From the human T2T-CHM13v2.0 reference genome, Homo sapiens, in NCBI RefSeq assembly GCF_009914755.1, contig NC_060939.1: a DNA stretch of 64,000 nt; one strand, 5' to 3'. The notes beneath the pieces were generated by a model that was not told the origin of the DNA, made no database searches, and saw only the letters and a program-made list of their open reading frames with translations. Below are positions 52,001 to 64,000 of this stretch, piece by piece. The translations under genes were made by a program, and so were the position numbers. Positions within the stretch are counted from its first letter, which is position 1, and each line of letters opens with the position of its first letter.

Positions 52001-55000
52001 AGTTTTTATGGGAAGATATTTCCTTTTTCACCGTAGGCCTCAAAGCGCTCCAAATGTCCACTTCCACATACTACAAAAAGAGTGTTTCAAACCTGCTCTA
52101 TGATAGGGAATGTTGAAACCTATGAGTTGAATGCAAGCATTACAAAGAGGTTTCTGAGAATGCTTCTGTCTAGATTTTATATGTAGATATTCCCGTTTCC
52201 AACGAAATCCTCAAAGCTATCCAAATATCAACTTGCAGATTCTACAAAAGGAATGTTTCCAAAATGCTGTATCCAAACAAAGGTTCAACTCTGTGAATTG
52301 AGGGCATACATCACAAAGAAGATTCTGAGAATGCTTCTGTCTAGATTTTATATGAAAATATTCCCGTTTCCAACGAAATCCTCAAAGCTATCCAAATATC
52401 CACTTGCAAATGCCACAAAAAGAGTGTTTCCAAACTGCTCTGTGAAAAGGAAGGTTCAACTCTGTTAGTTGAGTACACACATCACAAAGAGGTTTCTGAG
52501 AATGCTGCTGACTAGTTTTTATTTGAAGATATTTCCCTTTTCACCTTAGGCCTAAGAGTGCTCGAAATGTCCATTTCCACATACTCCACAAAGTGTGTTT
52601 CAAACGTGCTGTATGAAAGGGAATGTTCAACTCTATGAGTTGAATGCAAACATCACAAAGAAGATTCTGAGAATGCTTTTGTCTAGATTTTATATGAAGA
52701 TATTCCCGTGTCCAACGAAATTTTCAAAGGTCTCCAAATATCCATTTGTAGATTCTACAAAAAGAGTGTTTCCAAACTGCTGTATCAAAACAAAGGTTGA
52801 ACTCTGTGAGTTGAGGACACACATCACAAATAAGTTTCTGAGAATGCTTCTGTCTAGTTTTTATTTGAAGATGTTTCCTTTTTCACCATAGGCCTGAAAG
52901 CGCTCGAAATGTCCACTTCCAGATAGTACAGAAAGAGTGTTTCAAACCTGCTCTATGAACGGGAATGTTCAGCTCTGTGAGTTGAATGCAAACATCACAA
53001 AGCAGGTTCTGAGAATGCTTCCGTCTAGATTTTAAATGAGGATATTCCCGTTTCCAACGAAATCCTCGAAGCTATCCAAATATCCACTTGCAGATTCCAC
53101 AAAAAGAGTGTTTCAAAACTGCTCTGTCAAAAGATAGGTTCAACTCTGTTAGTTGAGTACACACATGGCAAACAAGATTCCGAGAATGCTTTCGTCTAGT
53201 TTTTTTGGGAAGATATTTCCTTCTTCACCATAGGCCTCAAAGCGCTCCAAATATCCATTTCCACATGCTATACAAAGAGTGTCTCAAACCTGCTGTATGA
53301 ATGGGAATGTTCAACTCTATGAGTTGAATGCAAACATCACAAAGAAGTTTCTGAGAATGCTGCTGTCTAGATTTTATATGAAGGTTTTCCCGCTTCCAAC
53401 GAAATTTTCAATGCTCTCAAAATATCCTCTTGTAGATTCTACAAAAAGAGTGTTTCCAAACTGCTGTATCAAAACAAAGGTTCATCTCTGTTAGTTGAGG
53501 ACACACATCACAAATAAGTTTCTGAGAATGCTTCTGTCTAGTTCTTATTTGAAGACATTTCCTTTCTCACCTTAGGCCTGAAAACGCTCGAAATATCCAC
53601 TTCCAGATACGACAGAAACTGTGATTCAAACCTGCTCTATGAAAGGGAATGTTCAACTAGGTGACTTGAATGCAAACATCACAAAGCAGTTTCTGAGAAT
53701 GCTGCTGTCTACTTTCTATTTGTAATCCCGTTTCCAACGAAATCCTCAGAACTATCGAAATTTCCAATTGCAGATTCCACAAAAAGCGTGTTTCAAAGCT
53801 GCTCTGTAAAAAGAAAGGTTCAACTCTGTTAGTTGAATACACACGTCACAAACAAGTTTCTGAGAATGCTTCTGTCTAGTTTTTATGGGAAGATATTTCC
53901 TTTTTCACCGTAGGCCTCAAAGCGCTCCAAATGTCCACTTCCACATACTACAAAAAGAGTGTTTCAAACCTGCTGTATGAAAGGGAATGTTCAACTCTAT
54001 GAGTTGAATGCAAACATTACAAAGAAGTTTCTGAGAATGCTTCTGTCTAGATTTTATATGAAGGTTTTCCCGTTTCCAACGAAATTTTCAATGCTCTCAA
54101 AATATCCACTTGTAGATTCTACAAAAAGAGTGTTTCCAAACTGCTGTGTCAAAAGAAAGGTTCAACTCTGTTAGTTGAGGACACACATCACAAATAAGTT
54201 TCTGAGAATGCTTCTGTCTAGTTCTTATTTGAAGACATTTCCTTTCTCACCTTAGGCCTGAAAACGCTCGAAATATCCACTTCCAGATACGACAGAAACA
54301 GTGATTCAAACCTGCTCTATGAAAGGGAATGTTCAACTAGGTGACTTGAATGCAAACATCACAAAGCAGTTTCTGAGAATGCTGCTGTCTACTTTCTATT
54401 TGTAATCCCGTTTCCAACGAAATCCTCAGAACTATCGAAATTTCCAATTGCAGATTCCACAAAAAGCGTGTTTCAAAGCTGCTCTGTAAAAAGAAAGGTT
54501 CAACTCTGTTAGTTGAATACACACGTCACAAACAAGTTTCTGAGAATGCTTCTGTCTAGTTTTTATGGGAAGATATTTCCTTTTTCACCGTAGGCCTCAA
54601 AGCGCTCCAAATGTCCACTTCCACATACTACAAAAAGAGTGTTTCAAACCTGCTCTATGATAGGGAATGTTGAAACCTATGAGTTGAATGCAAGCATTAC
54701 AAAGAGGTTTCTGAGAATGCTTCTGTCTAGATTTTATATGTAGATATTCCCGTTTCCAACGAAATCCTCAAAGCTATCCAAATATCAACTTGCAGATTCT
54801 ACAAAAGGAATGTTTCCAAAATGCTGTATCCAAACAAAGGTTCAACTCTGTGAATTGAGGGCATACATCACAAAGAAGATTCTGAGAATGCTTCTGTCTA
54901 GATTTTATATGAAAATATTCCCGTTTCCAACGAAATCCTCAAAGCTATCCAAATATCCACTTGCAAATGCCACAAAAAGAGTGTTTCCAAACTGCTCTGT

Positions 55001-58000
55001 GAAAAGGAAGGTTCAACTCTGTTAGTTGAGTACACACATCACAAAGAGGTTTCTGAGAATGCTGCTGACTAGTTTTTATTTGAAGATATTTCCCTTTTCA
55101 CCTTAGGCCTAAGAGTGCTCGAAATGTCCATTTCCACATACTCCACAAAGTGTGTTTCAAACGTGCTGTATGAAAGGGAATGTTCAACTCTATGAGTTGA
55201 ATGCAAACATCACAAAGAAGATTCTGAGAATGCTTTTGTCTAGATTTTATATGAAGATATTCCCGTGTCCAACGAAATTTTCAAAGGTCTCCAAATATCC
55301 ATTTGTAGATTCTACAAAAAGAGTGTTTCCAAACTGCTGTATCAAAACAAAGGTTGAACTCTGTGAGTTGAGGACACACATCACAAATAAGTTTCTGAGA
55401 ATGCTTCTGTCTAGTTTTTATTTGAAGATGTTTCCTTTTTCACCATAGGCCTGAAAGCGCTCGAAATGTCCACTTCCAGATAGTACAGAAAGAGTGTTTC
55501 AAACCTGCTCTATGAACGGGAATGTTCAGCTCTGTGAGTTGAATGCAAACAACACAAAGCAGGTTCTGAGAATGCTTCCGTCTAGATTTTAAATGAGGAT
55601 ATTCCCGTTTCCAACGAAATCCTCGAAGCTATCCAAATATCCACTTGCAGATTCCACAAAAAGAGTGTTTCAAAACTGCTCTGTCAAAAGATAGGTTCAA
55701 CTCTGTTAGTTGAGTACACACATGGCAAACAAGATTCCGAGAATGCTTTCGTCTAGTTTTTTTGGGAAGATATTTCCTTCTTCACCATAGGCCTCAAAGC
55801 GCTCCAAATATCCATTTCCACATGCTATACAAAGAGTGTCTCAAACCTGCTGTATGAATGGGAATGTTCAACTCTATGAGTTGAATGCAAACATCACAAA
55901 GAAGTTTCTGAGAATGCTGCTGTCTAGATTTTATATGAAGGTTTTCCCGCTTCCAACGAAATTTTCAATGCTCTCAAAATATCCTCTTGTAGATTCTACA
56001 AAAAGAGTGTTTCCAAACTGCTGTATCAAAACAAAGGTTCATCTCTGTTAGTTGAGGACACACATCACAAATAAGTTTCTGAGAATGCTTCTGTCTAGTT
56101 CTTATTTGAAGACATTTCCTTTCTCACCTTAGGCCTGAAAGCGCTCGAAATACCCACTTCCAGATACTACAGAAACAGTGATTCAAACCTGCTCTATGAA
56201 AGGGAATGTTCAACTAGGTGACTTGAATGCAAACATCACAAAGCAGTTTCTGAGAATGCTGCTGTCTACTTTCTATTTGTAATCCCGTTTCCAACGAAAT
56301 CCTCAGAACTATCGAAATTTCCAATTGCAGATTCCACAAAAAGCGTGTTTCAAAGCTGCTCTGTAAAAAGAAAGGTTCAACTCTGTTAGTTGAATACACA
56401 CGTCACAAACAAGTTTCTGAGAATGCTTCTGTCTAGTTTTTATGGGAAGATATTTCCTTTTTCACCGTAGGCCTCAAAGCGCTCCAAATGTCCACGTCCA
56501 CATACTACAAAAAGAGTGTTTCAAACCTGCTGTATGAAAGGGAATGTTCAACTCTATGAGTTGAATGCAAACATTACAAAGAAGTTTCTGAGAATGCTTC
56601 TGTCTAGATTTTATATGAAGGTTTTCCCGTTTCCAACGAAATTTTCAATGCTCTCAAAATATCCACTTGTAGATTCTACAAAAAGAGTGTTTCCAAACTG
56701 CTGTGTCAAAAGAAAGGTTCAACTCTGTTAGTTGAGGACACACATCACAAATAAGTTTCTGAGAATGCTTCTGTCTAGTTCTTATTTGAAGACATTTCCT
56801 TTCTCACCTTAGGCCTGAAAACGCTCGAAATATCCACTTCCAGATACGACAGAAACAGTGATTCAAACCTGCTCTATGAAAGGGAATGTTCAACTAGGTG
56901 ACTTGAATGCAAACATCACAAAGCAGTTTCTGAGAATGCTGCTGTCTACTTTCTATTTGTAATCCCGTTTCCAACGAAATCCTCAGAACTATCGAAATTT
57001 CCAATAGCAGATTCCACAAAAAGCGTGTTTCAAAGCTGCTCTGTAAAAAGAAAGGTTCAACTCTGTTAGTTGAATACACACGTCACAAACAAGTTTCTGA
57101 GAATGCTTCTGTCTAGTTTTTATGGGAAGATATTTCCTTTTTCACCGTAGGCCTCAAAGCGCTCCAAATGTCCACTTCCACATACTACAAAAAGAGTGTT
57201 TCAAACCTGCTCTATGATAGGGAATGTTGAAACCTATGAGTTGAATGCAAGCATTACAAAGAGGTTTCTGAGAATGCTTCTGTCTAGATTTTATATGTAG
57301 ATATTCCCGTTTCCAACGAAATCCTCAAAGCTATCCAAATATCAACTTGCAGATTCTACAAAAGGAATGTTTCCAAAATGCTGTATCCAAACAAAGGTTC
57401 AACTCTGTGAATTGAGGGCATACATCACAAAGAAGATTCTGAGAATGCTTCTGTCTAGATTTTATATGAAAATATTCCCGTTTCCAACGAAATCCTCAAA
57501 GCTATCCAAATATCCACTTGCAAATGCCACAAAAAGAGTGTTTCCAAACTGCTCTGTGAAAAGGAAGGTTCAACTCTGTTAGTTGAGTACACACATCACA
57601 AAGAGGTTTCTGAGAATGCTGCTGACTAGTTTTTATTTGAAGATATTTCCCTTTTCACCTTAGGCCTAAGAGTGCTCGAAATGTCCATTTCCACATACTC
57701 CACAAAGTGTGTTTCAAACGTGCTGTATGAAAGGGAATGTTCAACTCTATGAGTTGAATGCAAACATCACAAAGAAGACTCTGAGAATGCTTTTGTCTAG
57801 ATTTTATATGAAGATATTCCCGTGTCCAACGAAATTTTCAAAGGTCTCCAAATATCCATTTGTAGATTCTACAAAAAGAGTGTTTCCAAACTGCTGTATC
57901 AAAACAAAGGTTGAACTCTGTGAGTTGAGGACACACATCACAAATAAGTTTCTGAGAATGCTTCTGTCTAGTTTTTATTTGAAGATGTTTCCTTTTTCAC

Positions 58001-61000
58001 CATAGGCCTGAAAGCGCTCGAAATATCCACTTCCAGATAGTACAGAAAGAGTGTTTCAAACCTGCTCTATGAACGGGAATGTTCAGCTCTGTGAGTTGAA
58101 TGCAAACATCACAAAGCAGGTTCCGAGAATGCTTCCGTCTAGATTTTAAATGAGGATATTCCCGTTTCCAACGAAATCCTCGAAGCTATCCAAATATCCA
58201 CTTGCAGATTCCACAAAAAGAGTGTTTCAAAACTGCTCTGTCAAAAGATAGGTTCAACCCTTTTAGTTGAGTACACACATGGCAAACAAGATTCCGAGAA
58301 TGCTTTCGTCTAGTTTTTTTGGGAAGATATTTCCTTCTTCACCATAGGCCTCAAAGCGCTCCAAATATCCATTTCCACATGCTATACAAAGAGTGTCTCA
58401 AACCTGCTGTATGAATGGGAATGTTCAACTCTATGAGTTGAATGCAAACATCACAAAGAAGTTTCTGAGAATGCTGCTGTCTAGATTTTATATGAAGGTT
58501 TTCCCGCTTCCAACGAAATTTTCAATGCTCTCAAAATATCCTCTTGTAGATTCTACAAAAAGAGTGTTTCCAAACTGCTGTATCAAAACAAAGGTTCATC
58601 TCTGTTAGTTGAGGACACACATCACAAATAAGTTTCTGAGAATGCTTCTGTCTAGTTCTTATTTGAAGACATTTCCTTTCTCACCTTAGGCCTGAAAACG
58701 CTCGAAATATCCACTTCCAGATACGACAGAAACTGTGATTCAAACCTGCTCTATGAAAGGGAATGTTCAACTAGGTGACTTGAATGCAAACATCACAAAG
58801 CAGTTTCTGAGAATGCTGCTGTCTACTTTGTATTTGTAATCCCGTTTCCAACGAAATCCTCAGAACTATCGAAATTTCCAATTGCAGATTCCACAAAAAG
58901 CGTGTTTCAAAGCTGCTCTGTAGAAAGAAAGGTTCAACTCTGTTAGTTGAATACACACGTCACAAACAAGTTTCTGAGAATGCTTCTGTCTAGTTTTTAT
59001 GGGAAGTTATTTCCTTTTTCACCGTAGGCCTCAAAGCGCTCCAAATGTCCACTTCCACATACTACAAAAAGAGTGTTTCAAACCTGCTGTATGAAAGGGA
59101 ATGTTCAACTCTATGAGTTGAATGCAAACATTACAAAGAAGTTTCTGAGAATGCTTCTGTCTAGATTTTATATGAAGGTTTTCCCGTTTCCAACGAAATT
59201 TTCAATGCTCTCAAAATATCCACTTGTAGATTCTACAAAAAGAGTGTTTCCAAACTGCTGTGTCAAAAGAAAGGTTCAACTCTGTTAGTTGAGGACACAC
59301 ATCACAAATAAGTTTCTGAGAATGCTTCTGTCTAGTTCTTATTTGAAGACATTTCTTTTCTCACCTTAGGACTGAAAACGCTCGAAATATCCACTTCCAG
59401 ATACGACAGAAACAGTGATTCAAACCTGCTCTATGAAAGGGAATGTTCAACTAGGTGACTTGAATGCAAACATCACAAAGCAGTTTCTGAGAATGCTGCT
59501 GTCTACTTTCTATTTGTAATCCCGTTTCCAACGAAATCCTCAGAACTATCGAAATTTCCAATTGCAGATTCCACAAAAAGCGTGTTTCAAAGCTGCTCTG
59601 TAAAAAGAAAGGTTCAACTCTGTTAGTTGAATACACACGTCACAAACAAGTTTCTGAGAATGCTTCTGTCTAGTTTTTATGGGAAGATATTTCCTTTTTC
59701 ACCGTAGGCCTCAAAGCGCTCCAAATGTCCACTTCCACATACTACAAAAAGAGTGTTTCAAACCTGCTCTATGATAGGGAATGTTGAAAAATATGAGTTG
59801 AATGCAAGCATTACAAAGAGGTTTCTGAGAATGCTTCTGTCTAGATTTTATATGTAGATATTCCCGTTTCCAACGAAATCCTCAAAGCTATCCAAATGTC
59901 AACTTGCAGATTCTACAAAAGGAATGTTTCCAAAATGCTGTATCCAAACAAAGGTTCAACTCTGTGAATTGAGGGCATACATCACAAAGAAGATTCTGAG
60001 AATGCTTCTGTCTAGATTTTATATGAAAATATTCCCGTTTCCAACGAAATCCTCAAAGCTATCCAAATATCCACTTGCAAATGCCACAAAAAGAGTGTTT
60101 CCAAACTGCTCTGTGAAAAGGAAGGTTCAACTCTGTTAGTTGAGTACACACATCACAAAGAGGTTTCTGAGAATGCTGCTGACTAGTTTTTATTTGAAGA
60201 TATTTCCCTTTTCACCTTAGGCCTAAGAGTGCTCGAAATGTCCATTTCCACATACTCCACAAAGTGTGTTTCAAACGTGCTGTATGAAAGGGAATGTTCA
60301 ACTCTATGAGTTGAATGCAAACATCACAAAGAAGACTCTGAGAATGCTTTTGTCTAGATTTTATATGAAGATATTCCCGTGTCCAACGAAATTTTCAAAG
60401 GTCTCCAAATATCCATTTGTAGATTCTACAAAAAGAGTGTTTCCAAACTGCTGTATCAAAACAAAGGTTGAACTCTGTGAGTTGAGGACACACATCACAA
60501 ATAAGTTTCTGAGAATGCTTCTGTCTAGTTTTTATTTGAAGATGTTTCCTTTTTCACCATAGGCCTGAAAGCGCTCGAAATGTCCACTTCCAGATAGTAC
60601 AGAAAGAGTGTTTCAAACCTGCTCTATGAACGGGAATGTTCAGCTCTGTGAGTTGAATGCAAACATCACAAAGCAGGTTCCGAGAATGCTTCCGTCTAGA
60701 TTTTAAATGAGGATATTCCCGTTTCCAACGAAATCCTCGAAGCTATCCAAATATCCACTTGCAGATTCCACAAAAAGAGTGTTTCAAAACTGCTCTGTCA
60801 AAAGATAGGTTCAACTCTGTTAGTTGAGTACACACATGGCAAACAAGATTCTGAGAATGCTTTCGTCTAGTTTTTTTGGGAAGATATTTCCTTCTTCACC
60901 ATAGGCCTCAAAGCGCTCCAAATATCCATTTCCACATGCTATACAAAGAGTGTCTCAAACCTGCTGTATGAATGGGAATGTTCAACTCTATGAGTTGAAT

Positions 61001-64000
61001 GCAAACATCACAAAGAAGTTTCTGAGAATGCTGCTGTCTAGATTTTATATGAAGGTTTTCCCGCTTCCAACGAAATTTTCAATGCTCTCAAAATATCCTC
61101 TTGTAGATTCTACAAAAAGAGTGTTTCCAAACTGCTGTATCAAAACAAAGGTTCATCTCTGTTAGTTGAGGACACACATCACAAATAAGTTTCTGAGAAT
61201 GCTTCTGTCTAGTTCTTATTTGAAGACATTTCCTTTCTCACCTTAGGCCTGAAAGCGCTCGAAATACCCACTTCCAGATACTACAGAAACAGTGATTCAA
61301 ACCTGCTCTATGAAAGGGAATGTTCAACTAGGTGACTTGAATGCAAACATCACAAAGCAGTTTCTGAGAATGCTGCTGTCTACTTTCTATTTGTAATCCC
61401 GTTTCCAACGAAATCCTCAGAACTATCGAAATTTCCAATTGCAGATTCCACAGAAACAGGGTTTCAAAGCTGCTCTGTAAAAAGAAAGGTTCAACTCTGT
61501 TAGTTGAATACACACGTCACAAACAAGTTTCTGAGAATGCTTCTGTCTAGTTTTTATGGGAAGATATTTCCTTTTTCACCGTAGGCCTCAAAGCGCTCCA
61601 AATGTCCACTTCCACATACTACAAAAAGAGTGTTTCAAACCTGCTGTATGAAAGGGAATGTTCAACTCTATGAGTTGAATGCAAACATTACAAAGAAGTT
61701 TCTGAGAATGCTTCTGTCTAGATTTTATATGAAGGTTTTCCCGTTTCCAACGAAATTTTCAATGCTCTCAAAATATCCACTTGTAGATTCTACAAAAAGA
61801 GTGTTTCCAAACTGCTGTGTCAAAAGAAAGGTTCAACTCTGTTAGTTGAGGACACACATCACAAATAAGTTTCTGAGAATGCTTCTGTCTAGTTCTTATT
61901 TGAAGACATTTCCTTTCTCACCTTAGGCCTGAAAACGCTCGAAATATCCACTTCCAGATACGACAGAAACAGTGATTCAAACCTGCTCTATGAAAGGGAA
62001 TGTTCAACTAGGTGACTTGAATGCAAACATCACAAAGCAGTTTCTGAGAATGCTGCTGTCTACTTTCTATTTGTAATCCCGTTTCCAACGAAATCCTCAG
62101 AACTATCGAAATTTCCAATTGCAGATTCCACAAAAAGCGTGTTTCAAAGCTGCTCTGTAAAAAGAAAGGTTCAACTCTGTTAGTTGAATACACACGTCAC
62201 AAACAAGTTTCTGAGAATGCTTCTGTCTAGTTTTTATGGGAAGATATTTCCTTTTTCACCGTAGGCCTCAAAGCGCTCCAAATGTCCACTTCCACATACT
62301 ACAAAAAGAGTGTTTCAAACCTGCTCTATGATAGGGAATGTTGAAACCTATGAGTTGAATGCAAGCATTACAAAGAGGTTTCTGAGAATGCTTCTGTCTA
62401 GATTTTATATGTAGATATTCCCGTTTCCAACGAAATCCTCAAAGCTATCCAAATATCAACTTGCAGATTCTACAAAAGGAATGTTTCCAAAATGCTGTAT
62501 CCAAACAAAGGTTCAACTCTGTGAATTGAGGGCATACATCACAAAGAAGATTCTGAGAATGCTTCTGTCTAGATTTTATATGAAAATATTCCCGTTTCCA
62601 ACGAAATCCTCAAAGCTATCCAAATATCCACTTGCAAATGCCACAAAAAGAGTGTTTCCAAACTGCTCTGTGAAAAGGAAGGTTCAACTCTGTTAGTTGA
62701 GTACACACATCACAAAGAGGTTTCTGAGAATGCTGCTGACTAGTTTTTATTTGAAGATATTTCCCTTTTCACCTTAGGCCTAAGAGTGCTCGAAATGTCC
62801 ATTTCCACATACTCCACAAAGTGTGTTTCAAACGTGCTGTATGAAAGGGAATGTTCAACTCTATGAGTTGAATGCAAACATCACAAAGAAGACTCTGAGA
62901 ATGCTTTTGTCTAGATTTTATATGAAGATATTCCCGTGTCCAACGAAATTTTCAAAGGTCTCCAAATATCCATTTGTAGATTCTACAAAAAGAGTGTTTC
63001 CAAACTGCTGTATCAAAACAAAGGTTGAACTCTGTGAGTTGAGGACACACATCACAAATAAGTTTCTGAGAATGCTTCTGTCTAGTTTTTATTTGAAGAT
63101 GTTTCCTTTTTCACCATAGGCCTGAAAGCGCTCGAAATGTCCACTTCCAGATAGTACAGAAAGAGTGTTTCAAACCTGCTCTATGAACGGGAATGTTCAG
63201 CTCTGTGAGTTGAATGCAAACATCACAAAGCAGGTTCTGAGAATGCTTCCGTCTAGATTTTAAATGAGGATATTCCCGTTTCCAACGAAATCCTCGAAGC
63301 TATCCAAATATCCACTTGCAGATTCCACAAAAAGAGTGTTTCAAAACTGCTCTGTCAAAAGATAGGTTCAACTCTGTTAGTTGAGTACACACATGGCAAA
63401 CAAGATTGCGAGAATGCTTTCGTCTAGTTTTTTTGGGAAGATATTTCCTTCTTCACCATAGGCCTCAAAGCGCTCCAAATATCCATTTCCACATGCTATA
63501 CAAAGAGTGTCTCAAACCTGCTGTATGAATGGGAATGTTCAACTCTATGAGTTGAATGCAAACATCACAAAGAAGTTTCTGAGAATGCTGCTGTCTAGAT
63601 TTTATATGAAGGTTTTCCCGCTTCCAACGAAATTTTCAATGCTCTCAAAATATCCTCTTGTAGATTCTACAAAAAGAGTGTTTCCAAACTGCTGTATCAA
63701 AACAAAGGTTCATCTCTGTTAGTTGAGGACACACATCACAAATAAGTTTCTGAGAATGCTTCTGTCTAGTTCTTATTTGAAGACATTTCCTTTCTCACCT
63801 TAGGCCTGAAAACGCTCGAAATATCCACTTCCAGATACGACAGAAACTGTGATTCAAACCTGCTCTATGAAAGGGAATGTTCAACTAGGTGACTTGAATG
63901 CAAACATCACAAAGCAGTTTCTGAGAATGCTGCTGTCTACTTTCTATTTGTAATCCCGTTTCCAACGAAATCCTCAGAACTATCGAAATTTCCAATTGCA
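43051..64000 (-). repeat. Eight consecutive 15-mer HOR units plus a partial ninth
   Basis: Markers every 2557 bp: 43051, 45608, 48165, 50722, 53279, 55836, 58393, 60950, 63507. Confidence 0.94.

Larger units (their letters stand above)
1..64000 (-). repeat. Alpha-satellite higher-order repeat array (centromeric), dimeric A/B type; 11-mer/15-mer HOR, probably human chr15 active array D15Z3 (S2C15H1L)
   Basis: Seen: ~171-bp periodicity of TTCTGAGAATGCT and GTTCAACTCT motifs; CENP-B boxes as reverse complement TCCCGTTTCCAACGAAA; near-identical units recurring every 1877 or 2557 bp (identical ORFs at 44582, 47139, 49696 and onward). Alpha-satellite identity is essentially certain. The chromosome assignment is inferred from recalled HOR sizes (about 0.65 confidence). 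Confidence 0.99.

Noticed and set aside
21-63722. Recurrent 61-98 aa ORFs on both strands (MSQTCC…, MFQTCC…, MFPKCC…, MYSTNR…)
   Set aside because: They are chance open frames in satellite monomers, repeated with HOR periodicity. Many begin at non-ATG codons, none has a recognisable domain or gene context, and they appear or vanish with repeat rearrangements.
1-64000. CRISPR-like or other repeat-spacer system
   Set aside because: There are no unique spacers; all sequence between conserved motifs is itself repeated alphoid DNA, and no cas or other genes are present.
1-64000. Transposon insertion (Alu/L1), inversion or non-alphoid island
   Set aside because: All unit lengths are explained by monomer multiples and the 21-bp deletion, ORF orientation never flips, and I saw no poly-A tails or target-site duplications.
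1-64000. Firm chromosome assignment, or a claim that this is the kinetochore site
   Set aside because: Other dimeric-family arrays (chr8, 9, 13/21) also have 11-mer units, so an HMM or BLAST search is needed. Kinetochore position is epigenetic and cannot be read from sequence.

Overview
The whole 64 kb is primate (very likely human) centromeric alpha-satellite DNA. It is an uninterrupted head-to-tail array of about 375 monomers of ~171 bp, organised as a highly homogeneous higher-order repeat (HOR). CENP-B-box and pJalpha-box monomers alternate, and the canonical alphoid orientation is on the minus strand. I found no genes, transposons or inversions; every ORF in the track is a repeat artefact. 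Using the unique marker CTATACAAAGAGTGTCTC I count 28 complete HOR units: 14 15-mers (2557 bp), 7 11-mers (1877 bp), 3 17-mers (2895), 2 9-mers (1535), 1 13-mer (2215) and 1 4-mer (684). Five units carry the same 21-bp deletion. The 11/15-mer structure best fits the active chromosome 15 array (D15Z3/S2C15H1L), but that is recalled, not searched. I see no new biological system. The interest lies in array evolution: a variable-copy 680-bp cassette, hybrid monomers with mappable breakpoints, multi-kb duplications at offsets of 4430, 5114, 6970, 14278 and 22458/25019 bp, and a few inactivated CENP-B boxes. All comparisons were made by eye, so the variant lists are not exhaustive.
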